Below the pieces are notes generated by a model. It had not been told where the DNA came from. It saw nothing but the letters and a program-made list of their open reading frames with translations, and did no database searches. This document shows positions 26,449 through 39,323 of a DNA stretch of 64,000 nucleotides, in pieces. The translations under genes were made by a program, and so were the position numbers. Each line of letters starts with the position of its first letter. Position 1 is the stretch's first letter. The stretch comes from Nemertoderma westbladi (taxonomy: Eukaryota > Animalia > Xenacoelomorpha): contig JAUCBJ010007331.1 of NCBI GenBank assembly GCA_032718475.1, positions 1 to 64,000 on the forward strand, read 5' to 3'.

Positions 26449-27374
26449 TTACATACAATTATATATGCGTGCGCTGTGTGATCTTAAACCGATGGCTGGT
26501 CCTATTTCTGATTTAATGTCGTTGTTTCTATATATATTCTTTCATATACATTTTGTTTATGTATGAATAGATACGTACTGTTATTATTAGGTATTACATT
26601 GTTGCCCAGCGAGTTAGTTACAAGATAATTTTTACTGCAAAATGCTATTTATTATTGTCAATTATATATAAACTGGAATAAGTAAATTGAAATAAATGTA
26701 AGAAAATTGAGGATCAATGGCGTCTTTCTCCGAAGAGTGTTCTAATCTTCCCATAAATAAGTTTCCTCTCAGACTCTATTGTCTCTATTCCTATGATATT
26801 CCAGAATTATGTTTAATTATGCAATAATCCACAACCAATCGCTATATCGTATATATAATGTCCATATCTCAGCTATTCCTCAACAAAATTCAATTTGGGA
26901 TCCCTGCAACATCATTTTTCTATTGGCACAAACATTGTTTGATATTGAAGAATTTAGAATATAATATTGTTTTTTTTGTAAATGTTCCCTGTGAAATGTT
27001 TCCAAACGGTTTTAAAAATTTTGGAAAATGTGCCCAAAGGCGAAATTAGAAGGCCAATTTTTAAAAGTGAAAATTGTAGGCAATCCATTAGGTACTTGGG
27101 CACTGAGATGTATTGCTTGTTTTCTATGATTTCTGTAAAAAATTATTATTATATAAATATCAATACGGCCTCAGGTGGACCTAGGCTCTTGGACAGAGGT
27201 TCGGTTGATGGAAACAGACCAATCATAGTGATGTGTAACCTTTCAAAATAACATTTTTTTGTCAGTTCGAAACGACTCGAAACAGGAGACCAAGAAATTG
27301 AAGAAATTATCGATGACTGGAAACCTCACTGAGGATGAGGTATCCGTTTTCAGCCAACTTATAAACAACACCAT

Positions 27375-27806
27375 CCAAAAATTCGTGTATTTCGATCCCA
27401 AAAATTAGTGCATTTCATTTCGATCCCAAAAATTCGTGTATTTCGATCCCAAAAATTCGTGTATTTCGATCCCAAAAATTCGTGTATTTCGATCCCAAAA
27501 AATTCGTGCATTTCGATCCCAAAAATTCGTTTATTTCGATCCCAAAAATTCGTGTATTTCGATCCCAAAAATTCGTGTATTTCGATCCCAAAAATTCGTG
27601 TATTTCGATCCCAAAAATTCGTGTATTTCGATCCCAAAAGTTCGTGCATTTCGATCCCAAAAATTCGTGTATTTCGATCCCAAAAATTCGTGTATTTCGA
27701 TCCCAAAAATTCGTGTATTTCGATCCCAAAAATTCGTGTATTTCGATCCCAAAAATTCGTGTATTTCGATCCCAAAAAATCGTGTATTTTAATCACAAAA
27801 ATTCGT
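27375..27806. repeat. 23-bp minisatellite (AAAAATTCGTGTATTTCGATCCC)n
   Basis: About 18 contiguous units. Confidence 0.95.
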
Positions 27807-28962
27807 TGAGGTTAAATCTGTTGCATTGAATTCACTATCTCTCCGGCAGTGGCCGATATAAGGGGTCCCCCCGTGCTTGGGGGATTGTTTATTTATCTAT
27901 TATAATAATTTAAAGTATTATTATAATACTTTATATAATGTTTTGATATGTAAGTAAAAACAGAAGGGGATAGACCTCATTGCCGATGGAATAAAAACAT
28001 TTACTTTAATTTTAAATATCCTCATAAATAATCCTAGTTTTTAAATTTAACGTGGTACGTACTAAAAAGCGGAAACACCTGGAAACAGCTGGAAAAACCT
28101 AGTTTTATAAATATTGAGGCAGAAACAATAGTTCGGCATATTTGTTCGAGTGGAGTAGTATCATTAGTAGAACAAGTTCGTGGGGCCATCGCGCAGGACG
28201 AGGCTAAGTTATTAGATACAGATTAAAATTGAGCAATTCTATCCCAAAATCGGTACTTAAGAAATTTAAATAAATAATTTAGAAAATTTAACCAAACTTT
28301 TACTTAAAAAAAAACTTTTGCATTGGCAGCTTGTTATCGATGTCATAGAAGTCCACAGTCAAACTACTCAAAAAATTCAATGCATTCTTCAGTCCTCGGG
28401 TCCCGCTCATCGGTTAGTCCAGTTTGCCCGTAGCGCTAGCGCAGTAGCGATACCAAAAGCCGAGGTCGCCGAGGCCTGCGGTGGCCTTGATGGTGAGTTG
28501 TTTGAGTACCGGTACAATACAATATTTTGCTGGGTATTGCAGTATTGGGCTGTTGGTGTACCTACGGTCTGACAGTAGTGCAGTAGCGGATACCGGAACC
28601 GGAAGGAATAAAGGTCAGCTGGTACAACTTACAACCTGACAATATGTCAGTCTGTCTTAAGTCCGCATAATTTAACCCTTTGCTGCTCGAATTATTTTTA
28701 ATGGTTTAGAACATTTTTTTTTAGGTTAGATAAACTGAAAACAGTCTAAAAGAACACATTAATGCCAAAAAATTTTTTTTTTTATTATTTGAATATTTTT
28801 AATGAATGTTGTTCAGGAACAACAATGAGCATTAATGGTAGCAAAAATATTTGGTAAAATAGTATCAGATTCATCTTCCCCACTATCATTACTATCTGGT
28901 ATGACAATTGACATCTTATTACAATTATCTGGTATGACACCTTCTCTTTGTTTTGGCACCGA

Positions 28963-29330
28963 ACTACTACTCCTAGGATCGGTATGCTGCATTGGAGCTG
29001 CATTTTTAAGAAAGCTTTGCCGGCTTGTCGACAAAATTTCGCCGCCGCAACTCCCTATAACCCATTTCATTTGCTAGATCATCCGCATCTTCAAAGTCAA
29101 AGTCCTTCAAGATGCATCTCAAGAAAGTCATGGGCTTTCCACCATGCTTATTCACTCAATGAGGCCTTCAAAACACAAGATTATGCACTGGCTGGTCCTC
29201 ACGGTGAAAGCAATGTCCTGCAAAGCGGAGGCGGCTTTGTTCTAGTGTCAAGCTTGGAGGAACCAATGAGAGGCACCTCCAATGTTTTATAGTGTCTGGT
29301 TGGAGATGTGTGCATTGTACTTGACACAGT
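28963..29330 (-). mobile_element. 5'-truncated RTE family A, tandem copy 1
   Basis: Matches about 41180-41545 including the (TAC)n tail and 3' UTR. Confidence 0.9.
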
Positions 29331-29333
29331 GAA

Positions 29334-29718
29334 GTACTACTAATACGATCGGCATGCTGCATTGCAGCTGCATTATATATATATATTACATATATAATAA
29401 GAATGCTGGGCCGGCTTGTCGACAAAATTTTTCCGCCACAATTCCCAATCACACATTTTTGCTAGATCATCCGTATCTTCAAAGCTAGTGTCCTTCAAGA
29501 TGCGTCTCAAGAAAGTCATGGGCTGTCCACTAAGCATATTCACTCTACGAGGCCTCTGAAGCACAAGATTATGCACTGGCTGGTCCTCACGGCGAAAGCA
29601 ATGTCCTGCAAAGGCGGAGGCGGCTTTGTTCTAGTGTCAAGTTTGGGGGAACAAATGAGACACCTCCAATGTTATATAGTGTCTGGTTGGAGATGTGTGC
29701 ATTGTACTTGATATAGTG
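29334..29718 (-). mobile_element. 5'-truncated RTE family A, tandem copy 2
   Basis: Same extent as the preceding copy; AT-rich insert in the 3' UTR. Confidence 0.9.
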
Positions 29719-29728
29719 AGTTACCGGT

Positions 29729-30140
29729 ACTACTACTACGATCGGCATGCTGCATTCAGCTGCATTATATATGTATTACATATATATTAAGAATGCTGTG
29801 CTGGCTTGTCGAAAAGATTGCGCCGCAACAATACCCTATCACCCATGACATTTGCTAGATCATCTGCATCTTCAAGGCCAGTGTCCTTTAGGATGCGTCT
29901 CAAGAAAGTCATGGGCTGTCCACCATGCTTATTCGTTCCATGAGAGCGCCAAAGCACAAGGTTATGCAGTGGCTGGTCATTACGGCGTAAGCAATGTCCT
30001 GCAAAGCGGAGGCGGTTCCGTTCAAGTGGCAAGCTAGTGGAGATTAATGGAACACCTCCAATGCTGTATAGAGTTTGGTTGGAGATGTGTTCATTGTACT
30101 TGACAGAGTGAACTCTGCGCAGCATTCTTGTGAAAGTGCC
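29729..30140 (-). mobile_element. 5'-truncated RTE family A, tandem copy 3
   Basis: MLRRVHSVKYN...RLRFAGHC...DKPAQHS plus 3' UTR and (TAC)n tail. Confidence 0.9.
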
Positions 30141-30731
30141 TGTGAAAGTGTGAAATAAAAACTAATAACAGTGTAATTATAGCTTTCTTAAATGGGCAAT
30201 GTTGTTGTGGGACAACAATCTTTAAAACACTACTCACTTGGTTAAAATCTATTAACAATCTATTGGAGCATTCGAAAATCATCTTAGACATATTTTCCTA
30301 TCTACTCAATTTTTTTGGAACGGAAAAATTAAAGGGAATTGTCTTTTTTAACAATATGAATGCACGTGTTTTTTCAATTACCGCTTATTGAAGCATAGGC
30401 TCACAATATGTAAGCCAATGTTCAAATTTCCCTCTGGAAAGCAAAGGAAACTGATCCTCAGGTACAAGAAACATGTTGACAACCCATATCAACCAATTAG
30501 ATTTCACATATTACCATTCTGAGATTAGGAGAGCCAATAATAGGAATGTTGTTCCGGAACAACACTGAGCAGCAAAGGGTTAAAAACTTCCATGGCTGCA
30601 TGGTTGCCGCGTTGGCGCGCCGATTGGTGACCAACGACCTGAAGACGGTAGCGGTAACTCTGTACCACTGTCACAGTACCGGTACCGTACTGTAATCCAG
30701 CTGATGCCAAGCCTAATAATTTTTGGAGAGA

Positions 30732-30975
30732 TAAATTTATTATAACTGCAAGACAGTTACACAGATGCTGCACCAAGACCCCACGCAAATTCAACTTGAA
30801 AAAGTTCTAAACTTTTGCCAGACTACAAATGTACCAAGTTTGGATATATTTTATCGAGATTTGGCTGAGTTATTAACGTTTAAAATTGGACACAACAGAG
30901 CAACAGACACACCGATTGAGTTGGTGGTACCTGTATGCTAAGCTCGCTTACTTTCGTCGCTCGCCCCACAAACTA
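30732..30975. mobile_element. Short interspersed element (DINE/Helitron-like), copy 2
   Basis: Same orientation and colinear with 1488-1752; ends GCTCGCTTACTTTCGTCGCTCGCCCCACAAAC. Confidence 0.5.
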
Positions 30976-31371
30976 ATGAAAATTTTATATCTGAGATTTT
31001 ATTCATGACATTTTTATTCAACATCTACTACTGTATATTGTAAACCACCTTACCCAATAAACAAACTAAAGTGACTGGGATGCAACACTGAACTACTAAT
31101 TATATTTGTATCATGCTGTTTAGTAAATGAGCAGCCTACCCTTTTTCTGTAGATTAGTACAGTAGTAGGTTTTGAAGGCTGAACTGGGAGATGATGGGGG
31201 GCGTTGTAGCATAAGGGGGGGGGGGGGGGGGGGGGGTATTGCAATGGGTCTACTTCGCCTCCCCTGGACCTGACCAAGTACCATATGACACAATGACTGG
31301 GAGGAATAATTACATTTATCATAGACCATAGTAAAATGCCCGGGGGGGGGGGGGGTTCTACCATACAACAC

Positions 31372-31477
31372 TACCGTTCGGTACTGAACACCGGTACTGT
31401 TCGGTACTGAACACCGGTACCGTTCGGTACTGAACACCGGTTCCGTTCGGTACTGAACACCGGTATTGTTCGGTACT
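31372..31477. repeat. 23-bp tandem repeat (CGGTACTGAACACCGGTACTGTT)n
   Basis: About 4.5 units. Confidence 0.85.
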
Positions 31478-32117
31478 TAAACTCTGGTCGGTAAATCAAG
31501 AGTGATCATGGCTTTTATTCCAACATTTTTTTTAATTGGCGTATTTCAACTGAAGGAGATGTTAGATTATTTGTTATATTTACTTACTTACCGTGTTTCA
31601 TACATTGAATAAGTTCGTTAAGTAATTAACGAAATCGGTGAACAAAGGCAACAGAATCCCATATAATACTAATAATGTTAGGCTATGGTATTAAAGCCAT
31701 GCATCATGAAACCTGGGTCTTCCCATTAAACTGAAACAAATACAGTAGTTACCAAGGAACATTTGACCAATTTCGTGGAACCTTTGACACTGTGGAACCA
31801 TTGGCACGGATGGAATCCATAACTAATTGTAGGAAATCAGTGATTTTCCATTTTCCATTTTTAATTTTTCTATGTATATAACTATTGTTTGGGCATTAAT
31901 ATAAGATTTTCTCCTAAAATAAAATAATAATTTTTCAATAAAATTCGTAATGTAGCACTTGATAAGATTATGGCTCTTGTTTCTAGTATAATACTTTTAA
32001 TACTCCTCTGTATAGTTATAGAGTGGTAGATTATAAAACTTGATATAAATTTTTGGTTTATTTGCTACTAATTACAACTACACAATACATATAACAATAA
32101 CATATTATACACCAATT

Positions 32118-35100
32118 TTACTTTTTCGTATTGGGCGTTAATTTCTGTGGATCGTCAAAATGTTTCAGTGAATATTTCGCGAATTGAAATTTCGTGTGCT
32201 TGTAAGTTCCCGGGCTGGCTGGACTTGTGGTTTCTTGGGGACTAGAGGCGATACTGCCATTGGATGTTGCCTTGACGGCGTTGCCGTTACTATAGCTGCG
32301 TATGTCCCCGTTTAATACGACAGGGACCGTTTCGTTTGTGTAGTAAACGACTGTTCCGCTAGAGGGTCGCACCGATGTGACGGTATCGTTAATCCTTACA
32401 ACAGGCTCCGACTGTTTCTTATAAAGGCCTACCAGCTGTGACGCCAGCGAGGGCCGACGAGGAGCAACCCACTCTGATGGTCTGTCCTCCTTTTTGAGTT
32501 TTAATAATCGCCTCGCCAGATACACAAGTGAGATGAGTAAAAGTGCCGATACCAATGCAATAGCTAAATAGATAAAGCCTACTGTTAGACCGGTTGTGTC
32601 GCCAGCAGACACCGGTCTAACTATATCGCCAGACCATACAGCCCTGGTTGATTGGATGGTTGTACTACCCATTCGTGTTGGAGATGGCACCGTTGCATTT
32701 TTTGGGGTTGATGTCAGCATTGATATGGGTGTGGTTGTTATTGGTTCAGTTGTAGTAGTTGGTGTGGTTGTAGTTGGGAATGGTGTGGTAGTAGTTGGTA
32801 ATGGTGTGGTTGTAGTTGGTAAAGGTGTGGTAGTAGTTGGTAGTGTTGTGGTAGTACTTGGTAATGGTGTGGTAGTACTTGGTAATGGTGTGGTAGTTGT
32901 AGGTAATGGTGTGGTAGTAGTTGGTAATGGTGTGGTTGTAGTTGGTAAAGGTGTGGTAGTAGTTGGTAGTGGTGTGGTTGTAGTCGGTAATGGTGTGGTA
33001 GTACTTGGTAATGCCGTGGTTGTAATTGGTAATGGTCTGGTAGTAGTTGGTAATGGTGTTGTAGTAGTTGGTAATGGTGTGGTAGTACTTGGTAATGGTG
33101 TGGTAGTAGATGGTAATGGTGTGGAAGTAGTTGGTAATGGTGTGGTTGTAGTTGGTAAAGGTGTGGTAGTAGTTGATAGTGGTGTAGTTGTACTCGGTAA
33201 TGGTGTGGTAGTGGTTGGTAATTCCGTTGATTTAGTTGGTAATGGTGTGGTAGTAGTTGGTAATTGTGTTGTAGTAGTTGGTAATGGTGTGGTTGTAGTT
33301 GGCACTGGTGTGGTTGTGGTTGTAGTTAGTAATTGTGCGGTAGTAGTTGGTAATGCCGTGGTTGTACTTGGTAATGGTGAGGTAGTAGTTGGTAATACTT
33401 TTGTAGTAGTTGGTAATGGTGTGGTAGTACTTGGTAATGGTGTGGTAGTTGTTTGTATTGGCGTGGTTGTAATTGGTAATTGTGTGGCAGTAGTTGGTAG
33501 TGCTGTGGTAGTAGTTGGTAATGGTGTTGTAGAAGTTGGCAATGGTGTGGTAGTAGTTGGTAATAGTGCGGTAGTAGTTGATAATGGCTTGATTGTAGTT
33601 GGTAATGGTGTGGTAGTAATTGGTAATGATGTGGTAGTAGTCGGTAATGATGTAGTTGTAGTTGGTTTTGGTGTTGTAGTAGTGGGTAATGGTGTAGTTG
33701 TAGTTGGTTTTGGTGTGGGAGTAGATGGGAATGGTGTGGTAGTAGTTGGTAATGGTGTGGTAGTTATTGGTAATAGTATAGTTGGTTTTGGTGTGGGTGT
33801 AGTTGGTAATGGTGTGGTATTAGTTGGTAATGGTGTGGTTGTAGTTGGTAATGGGGTGGTAGTAGCTGGGAATGGTGTGGTAGTAGTTGGTAATGGTGTG
33901 GTAGTTGTTGGTAATGGTGTAGTTGTAGTTGGTTTTGGTGTGGTAGTAGTTGGTGGTGGTGTGGTAGTAGTTTCTAATGGTGTGTTAGTTGTCGGAAATG
34001 GTGTACCTGTAGTTGGTAATGGTGTGGTAGTAGTTGGTATTGGTGTGGTAGTAGTTGGTAATGGTGTGGTAGTAGTTGGTAATGGTGTGGTTGTAGTTGG
34101 TAATGGTGTTGTAGTAGTTGGTAGTGGTGTTGTAGTAATTGGTGGTGGTGTAGTTGTAGTTGGTTTTGGTGTAGTAGTAGTTGGTAGTGCTGTGGCAGAA
34201 GTTGGTAATGGTGTGGTAGTAGTTGGTAATGGCGTGGTTGTAGTTGGTAATGTTGTTGTAGTAGTTGGTAATGGTGTGATAGTAGTTGGTAATGGTCTGA
34301 TAGTAGTTGGTAATTGTGTTGTAGTAGTTGGTAATGGTGTGGTAGTTGTTGGTAATGGTGTAGTTGTAGTTGGTTTTGGTGTAGTAGTAGTTGGTAGTGG
34401 TGTGGTAGTAGTTGTTAATGGTGTGGTAGTAGTTGGTAATGGCGTGGTAGTAGTTGGTAATGGTGTGGTTGTAGTTGGTAATGGTGTGGTATTAGTTGGT
34501 AATGGTGTGGTTGTAGTTGGTAATGGAGTGGTAGTAGCTGGGAATGGTGTGGTAGTAGTTGGTAATGGTGTGGTAGTTGTTGGTAATGGTGTAGTTGTAG
34601 TTGGTTTTTGTGTAGTAGTAGTTGGTAGTGGTGTGGTAGTAGTTGGTAATGGTGTGGTAATAGTTGTTAATGGTGTGGTTGTAGTTGGTAATGGTGTTGT
34701 AGTAGTTGGTAGTGGTGTGGTAGTAGTTGGTAATGGTGTGATAGTAGTTGGTAATTGTGTTGTAGTAGTTGGTAATGGTGTGGTTGTAGTTGGTAATGGT
34801 GTTGTAGTAGTTGGTAGTGGTGTTGTAGTAGTTGGTAATTGTGTGCTGGGGGTTGATTGTCTTTCAACTTTGATCTGAGATAATTGTTTTGGTTGTATTC
34901 TGTTGAGCAATGCTATCATCCTTGCAAAACCATTTTCTATTAAGTAAACAAAACCAAGATTTATATTTGTTCCCATAAGTGGAGTTTGTGACGTTATATA
35001 AACGTGTCCGCTATCATCTACAATAATTGCATGCGGAATTCCTGGGAGTTTTTCATCTGTAATTATCACCTCACCATTACTGCCATTGAGATCGAATCTT

Positions 35101-35762
35101 TCAATTCGTTTCGTTCTGGAATGACTCTCCAATAAATATATCATATTTGTTGTTACATCCAGAGCTAAACCGTTAGGCCATTTTAAATCTTTTTCTATAA
35201 GTTTAACTGGATCTGTTCCTCCACCCATACTCCCTCTCATTACAGCCGGACTTGTTCCGTAATCAGTCCAATACACGAATCCCTGACCTTCTCTCGCATC
35301 AACGACTATAGCCCTGGGTTTATCTACTCCGTCACTGTTGGTGTACAAATCCTCGATATTATTTCCCCCAAAATCGCTCCGTCTTATCTTCTGTTTACCT
35401 TTATCAGTCCAGTAGATAAATCTTCCTTCAGCAACAGTTATCCCATCGATTTTACCTGAGGTTCCATCTCCTCCTATAATCCTTATAGGATCCAGACCAG
35501 TGTAGTAGTTAGTCTTATATATTCCATAAGAACTTACATCCTTGTTGTCACTAACAAACATGTCTCCAGTTTCTTGATCTACAGCTATTCCATATAGATT
35601 ACCGCGTGGCGTTACCTGGGTGTCATTAACTTGTGTTTGGAGATTGTAACTATTTATGTATTTCTCTGAAACATACAGAAGTACACGTTCGAAGTCTTCT
35701 GTCTTTGCCAGCGACGGTAAAATTAAAATAGTTACTAAAATAATGGGTATACTCTGCATCAT
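32118..35762 (-). CDS. Intronless type I membrane protein A: signal peptide, YWTD beta-propeller, ~740-aa Thr/Pro mucin stalk, TM, cytoplasmic tail (1214 aa from first ATG)
   Basis: Signal MMQSIPIILVTILILPSLA. Blades LYGIAVD..FVSD, IDGITV..YWTD, PRAIVVD..YWTD, PNGLALD..YLLE, PHAIIVD..YITS. (PLPTTTT)n stalk. TM LTVGFIYLAIALVSALLLISLVYLA followed by RR. Confidence 0.93.
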   Translation of the reverse strand: MMQSIPIILVTILILPSLAKTEDFERVLLYVSEKYINSYNLQTQVNDTQVTPRGNLYGIAVDQETGDMFVSDNKDVSSYGIYKTNYYTGLDPIRIIGGDGTSGKIDGITVAEGRFIYWTDKGKQKIRRSDFGGNNIEDLYTNSDGVDKPRAIVVDAREGQGFVYWTDYGTSPAVMRGSMGGGTDPVKLIEKDLKWPNGLALDVTTNMIYLLESHSRTKRIERFDLNGSNGEVIITDEKLPGIPHAIIVDDSGHVYITSQTPLMGTNINLGFVYLIENGFARMIALLNRIQPKQLSQIKVERQSTPSTQLPTTTTPLPTTTTPLPTTTTPLPTTTTQLPTTITPLPTTTTPLPTTTTPLPTTTTPLTTITTPLPTTTTPLPTTTTQKPTTTTPLPTTTTPLPTTTTPFPATTTPLPTTTTPLPTNTTPLPTTTTPLPTTTTPLPTTTTPLTTTTTPLPTTTTPKPTTTTPLPTTTTPLPTTTTQLPTTIRPLPTTITPLPTTTTTLPTTTTPLPTTTTPLPTSATALPTTTTPKPTTTTPPPITTTPLPTTTTPLPTTTTPLPTTTTPLPTTTTPIPTTTTPLPTTGTPFPTTNTPLETTTTPPPTTTTPKPTTTTPLPTTTTPLPTTTTPFPATTTPLPTTTTPLPTNTTPLPTTPTPKPTILLPITTTPLPTTTTPFPSTPTPKPTTTTPLPTTTTPKPTTTTSLPTTTTSLPITTTPLPTTIKPLSTTTALLPTTTTPLPTSTTPLPTTTTALPTTATQLPITTTPIQTTTTPLPSTTTPLPTTTKVLPTTTSPLPSTTTALPTTTAQLLTTTTTTPVPTTTTPLPTTTTQLPTTTTPLPTKSTELPTTTTPLPSTTTPLSTTTTPLPTTTTPLPTTSTPLPSTTTPLPSTTTPLPTTTTPLPTTTRPLPITTTALPSTTTPLPTTTTPLPTTTTPLPTTTTPLPTTTTPLPTTTTPLPSTTTPLPSTTTTLPTTTTPLPTTTTPLPTTTTPFPTTTTPTTTTEPITTTPISMLTSTPKNATVPSPTRMGSTTIQSTRAVWSGDIVRPVSAGDTTGLTVGFIYLAIALVSALLLISLVYLARRLLKLKKEDRPSEWVAPRRPSLASQLVGLYKKQSEPVVRINDTVTSVRPSSGTVVYYTNETVPVVLNGDIRSYSNGNAVKATSNGSIASSPQETTSPASPGTYKHTKFQFAKYSLKHFDDPQKLTPNTKK
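32740..34845 (-). repeat. Coding 21-bp repeat (PLPTTTT)n, about 100 units
   Basis: Unit CCATTACCAACTACTACCACA with many synonymous variants and an intact frame. Confidence 0.95.
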
Positions 35763-36140
35763 TTCTGAAGTCACTTGTATTATTATTAATATAGTAATTA
35801 ATTCAAGTAAATTAAATTAATTTTTAATATATGAACGCTTGTTATACACATTGTGTCTTGCTACTTATATTATTTATAATGATATTATGCTTGCCAAAGC
35901 GAAAAGTTTAAACTACTAATTATTTTAATGGTGTTTCTTGGCGCTCTAAGATTGCCAACTTATTATTTCATTATCCCACTGTTTGGCTATGCGTGGTTGG
36001 ATTACACCTACGTTGATTTTCTTTGAATGAGGGAAGGTTATTCTACTAACTCAGTTATTGTTCGCGTATTATAATACTTGTTCTTCTACAAATGTAGTCA
36101 ATGAATGGACTTGGCGAATCTGAATCAAATAGTCTAATTG

Positions 36141-37371
36141 GGATCTAGGACACTTCCCCCCCGGACACTTCCCCCCCGGACACTTCCCCCCCGCCCAAGT
36201 AGGACACTTCCCCCCCGGACACTTCCCCCCCGGACACTTGCCCCCCGGACACTTCCCCCCCAGTTAAGTGTTAAAATTAATCTGGGTGCATCAAAGCAAT
36301 AAACAAAAGTTAAAGATGGTTACAGGACAAGTTGTATCTAGACAAGTTTTTCAAAATTATAAAAGAAACATTTTTATAGTCACATTTTGTTTGTTTTTCT
36401 TTTAATTCCTTTAATTCTTTTAATTTCTTTTAATTGGGGGCTGCCGCCCCCAAACCCCCGCTTCTTTTGTTGGGGGCTACCGCCCCCAAACCCCCGCTTC
36501 TTTTCTTGGGGGCTGCCGCCCCCAAACCCCCGCTTCTTTTCTTGGGGGTTATCGCCCCCAGACCCCGGCATTTCCCTGAGTGCCCGTGGTGAAAGACTTA
36601 AGACCACTTTGAAATAATTAATTCATGTTTGTATCATCAGATAATAAATTGAGTAAGCCTAAAGTAGGAGCTGTATTGAATGTTAACCAATTTAATATAT
36701 AAATTACTACAATATTATATAATTCAACAAAATCCTATTAAAAATATTGCAAGTAACCAGGAAATTTAATATGTAGTGTGTATAATATCTATATAGTATG
36801 TATAGTAGTACTGTAATATATATATCAATATGTAATGCTGAACACAGAATACAGGTCGACGCATGTCGATTTTACCCTGGAGAGGTATAATTTTGATTGC
36901 AACAATAATATTCATCCCCATCTGCTACAATTTGAAGAAGACATAATAATATCTATAATTAAAACAATTAATTATTATAATTCTATAGTTAATAAAAACA
37001 GTATATCATTCCGGGGATGGAATTTATAGGTCATCTAATATAATTAATTGTTTGAAGATTAGCAAACAATACGATGTAATTGCATTGATAAAACCCATAA
37101 ATAAAACTTGGATATAAAATGTAAAATCGGGATGCAAAAGATCACTTTCTGAGCTACGAAAGGAAAATTGGAAACAACTTATCTGGATACAAGCGGTCCG
37201 TTTACCTTACAAAATGAAAAATACGAATGTGCGAAGTTAAGAGCAGTCGGGGGGGAAGTGTCCGCGGGGGGGAAGTGTCTGGGGGGGAAGTGTCCGGGGG
37301 GGAAGTGTCCTACTTGAGCGGGGGGGAACTGTCCGGGGGGGAAGTGTCCGGGGGGGAAGTGTCCGAACACC
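36141..37371. mobile_element. Non-autonomous Mutator-like DNA transposon, copy 2
   Basis: Near-identical to 14200-15356 but with its own perfect 9-bp TSD GTCTAATTG (36132-36140 and 37372-37380), so an independent insertion. Confidence 0.9.
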
Positions 37372-38767
37372 GTCTAATTGGTTTACTGATTATCCATAAC
37401 CAACTTATAACTCATTCGCGTACCCCCAAATATGGGCATGGGTCGGGGTTTGCCAATGAGAGGTAGGCTTTGACATTACGAATGTATCTGGTTACAAAGA
37501 AAATTGTGGTCTATCACGTAGTATCACTGCGATTCGTCGTAGATCATTAAAACTTAACCCAATTAAACCCGGGGGGGGGGGGGGGTTGGGGGGTCAATAT
37601 GACCCTATCCCACGTGGTTTATTTGTTATAACAAACGCAGTTGGGAATCTGAAATTTTATGACTTTTCCTAAAAATATATTTTCTCCCTAATAGTGAAAA
37701 CTGTTGAGACGTTTTTTGAATATTACATTTCATGAAATGTGATGTGTAACATCTCTATTTTTGATTTATACTTTCAAACTTGTTTTTTTCGGCGGGTGCC
37801 AAATTTTGGTGCCAGCACCAAATTTTGAAATATGTTAATTTTGTAAATTGATTGTTTGAAGCTGTACCTGTTGTTTGCGCAACAGGGGTTTTTTGGGGTT
37901 CTGGTTTCGATGGAATATATACGAGTTGCACCAGACGTACAGTATCAAATTTGTATTTTTTGGTGATGTGTGCAAAATTTGGTGCCAGCACGAAATTTTG
38001 AAAATCCATTCAATAGTTCTATTGATTGTGACAACTTACAGTATTTCTCGCGTTTTGGAGGTTTACGCCGGTTCCAAATTCAATTAAATAGATAATTATC
38101 TAATTATTAGACATCTCAAACTTGTATTTGTGGGAAGTGGGTGCAAAAATTGGTATTAACACAACAAATTTTGAAACCCATCAAATATATCAATAAATTG
38201 AATGTGTCACGTTATTTCTTGCGTTATAGGCTTATGGGTTTGCATAGTGTATATTGTATAGCGTTGTCACTCTTGGTACAGTAGTTAGTTTTGCGCTTTC
38301 CTTTCCTTAAAGTAGCGAGCAGCCAAGATTATATTACCACCACACCCAATCAATATATTAGGCGGGAGGCGGCCAAGCTAAGACCATCACTATAAAGACT
38401 ACAAAGCTGATCTATGGGAATATCCAAGACTTCTGATAACAATGAAACCGTTATAATCATTTCCGGGTACTCCAGTAACTCGTATTGTACCACTAACTCT
38501 ACGTATCGTGCTTCAAGTTAATTCGCTTGGCATTATTGTTAAGAATACAATAGTTCCGGTACCGATGGAGACCAGCCTGGCATGGGATTTAGCCAGGGAG
38601 TGGACGGGGATGTGGGACTGGACTACAATATGCTAGACAATCTTCTATCCGTACTAGAGTTTACTGTTAACTCACCCATTGTGTATCTTTTAGAGGCCCT
38701 TATTCCTTATTGCTAACGGATGGGACAATGCTCCTATCCTGCCTGGAACCCGCCCTGGCTGAGTGAG

Positions 38768-38775
38768 TATAAAAG
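38768..38775 (+). promoter_or_regulatory. TATA box of the secreted peptide gene
   Basis: TATAAAAG 93 bp upstream of the ATG at 38861. Confidence 0.55.
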
Positions 38776-38860
38776 TGTCGCATCTTTAGAAAAAAACCAT
38801 TAAGTTTACTCTCAGCTACTTATTTTAAAGTTTTTTTTTTACAGCAGTTGATCAATTTAA

Positions 38861-38925
38861 ATGGATTTTAAGAAAGCCTTTGCTCTGTTATTTACATTGG
38901 CGCTATGTGGAAACCATATAGTCAG
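38861..38925 (+). CDS. Secreted cysteine-rich prepropeptide, exon 1 (signal peptide)
   Basis: MDFKKAFALLFTLALCGNHIV(R), ending at donor CAG|GTAAGG, phase 2. Confidence 0.8.
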
Positions 38926-39323
38926 GTAAGGTTCCCTAATTTCGAGAAATTTTGGGTGGGGGTGGGAGGGACTTGACGCAGATCCCGCGTATTATTATTT
39001 CGTATCAATGTTAAATGAACAGTGAAGATATTCGAACTAAAATATATAATTTACAGTTTTATTTTTGGGAGTAATCAGCTGTTATGTGTCGATTTTTCCC
39101 TGCAGAGAGATGCATTGTGATTGCGTCGAAAGTACCAACCCCTTTCCCTGTCTTCTAATTCCAGTATTGGTTGATAGTATACTGTATATTATCTGCGTTA
39201 ATTATTGTAATAAATTGCTTTCTATTGTAATACATTATTACTGTATTCTGTATAAAACTGCCGGAAAATAGAGGACCATGGTAAGGATTTAACAGGTTAA
39301 TAATATTTTACTAAATTTTACAG

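Larger units (their letters stand above)
28676..30579. mobile_element. Non-autonomous piggyBac-like element with nested RTE pieces
   Basis: TTAA|CCCTTTGCTGCTC ... GAGCAGCAAAGGG|TTAA (13-bp perfect TIR, TTAA TSD). Palindromic subterminal motif TGTTGTTC(A/C)GGAACAACA near both ends. Confidence 0.88.

Noticed and set aside
32596-34878. 760-aa Val/Gly-rich plus-strand ORF (and 60635-61363, 60691-61173)
   Set aside because: Antisense shadows of Thr/Pro codon repeats in genes A and C.
35763-35774. ORF-track start of gene A at 35774
   Set aside because: It is a GTG start; the first ATG at 35762 directly precedes the signal peptide.
37553-38200. DNA transposon starting TTAACCC...GGGG with ~170-bp internal repeats
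   Set aside because: No matching right terminus or TSD found.
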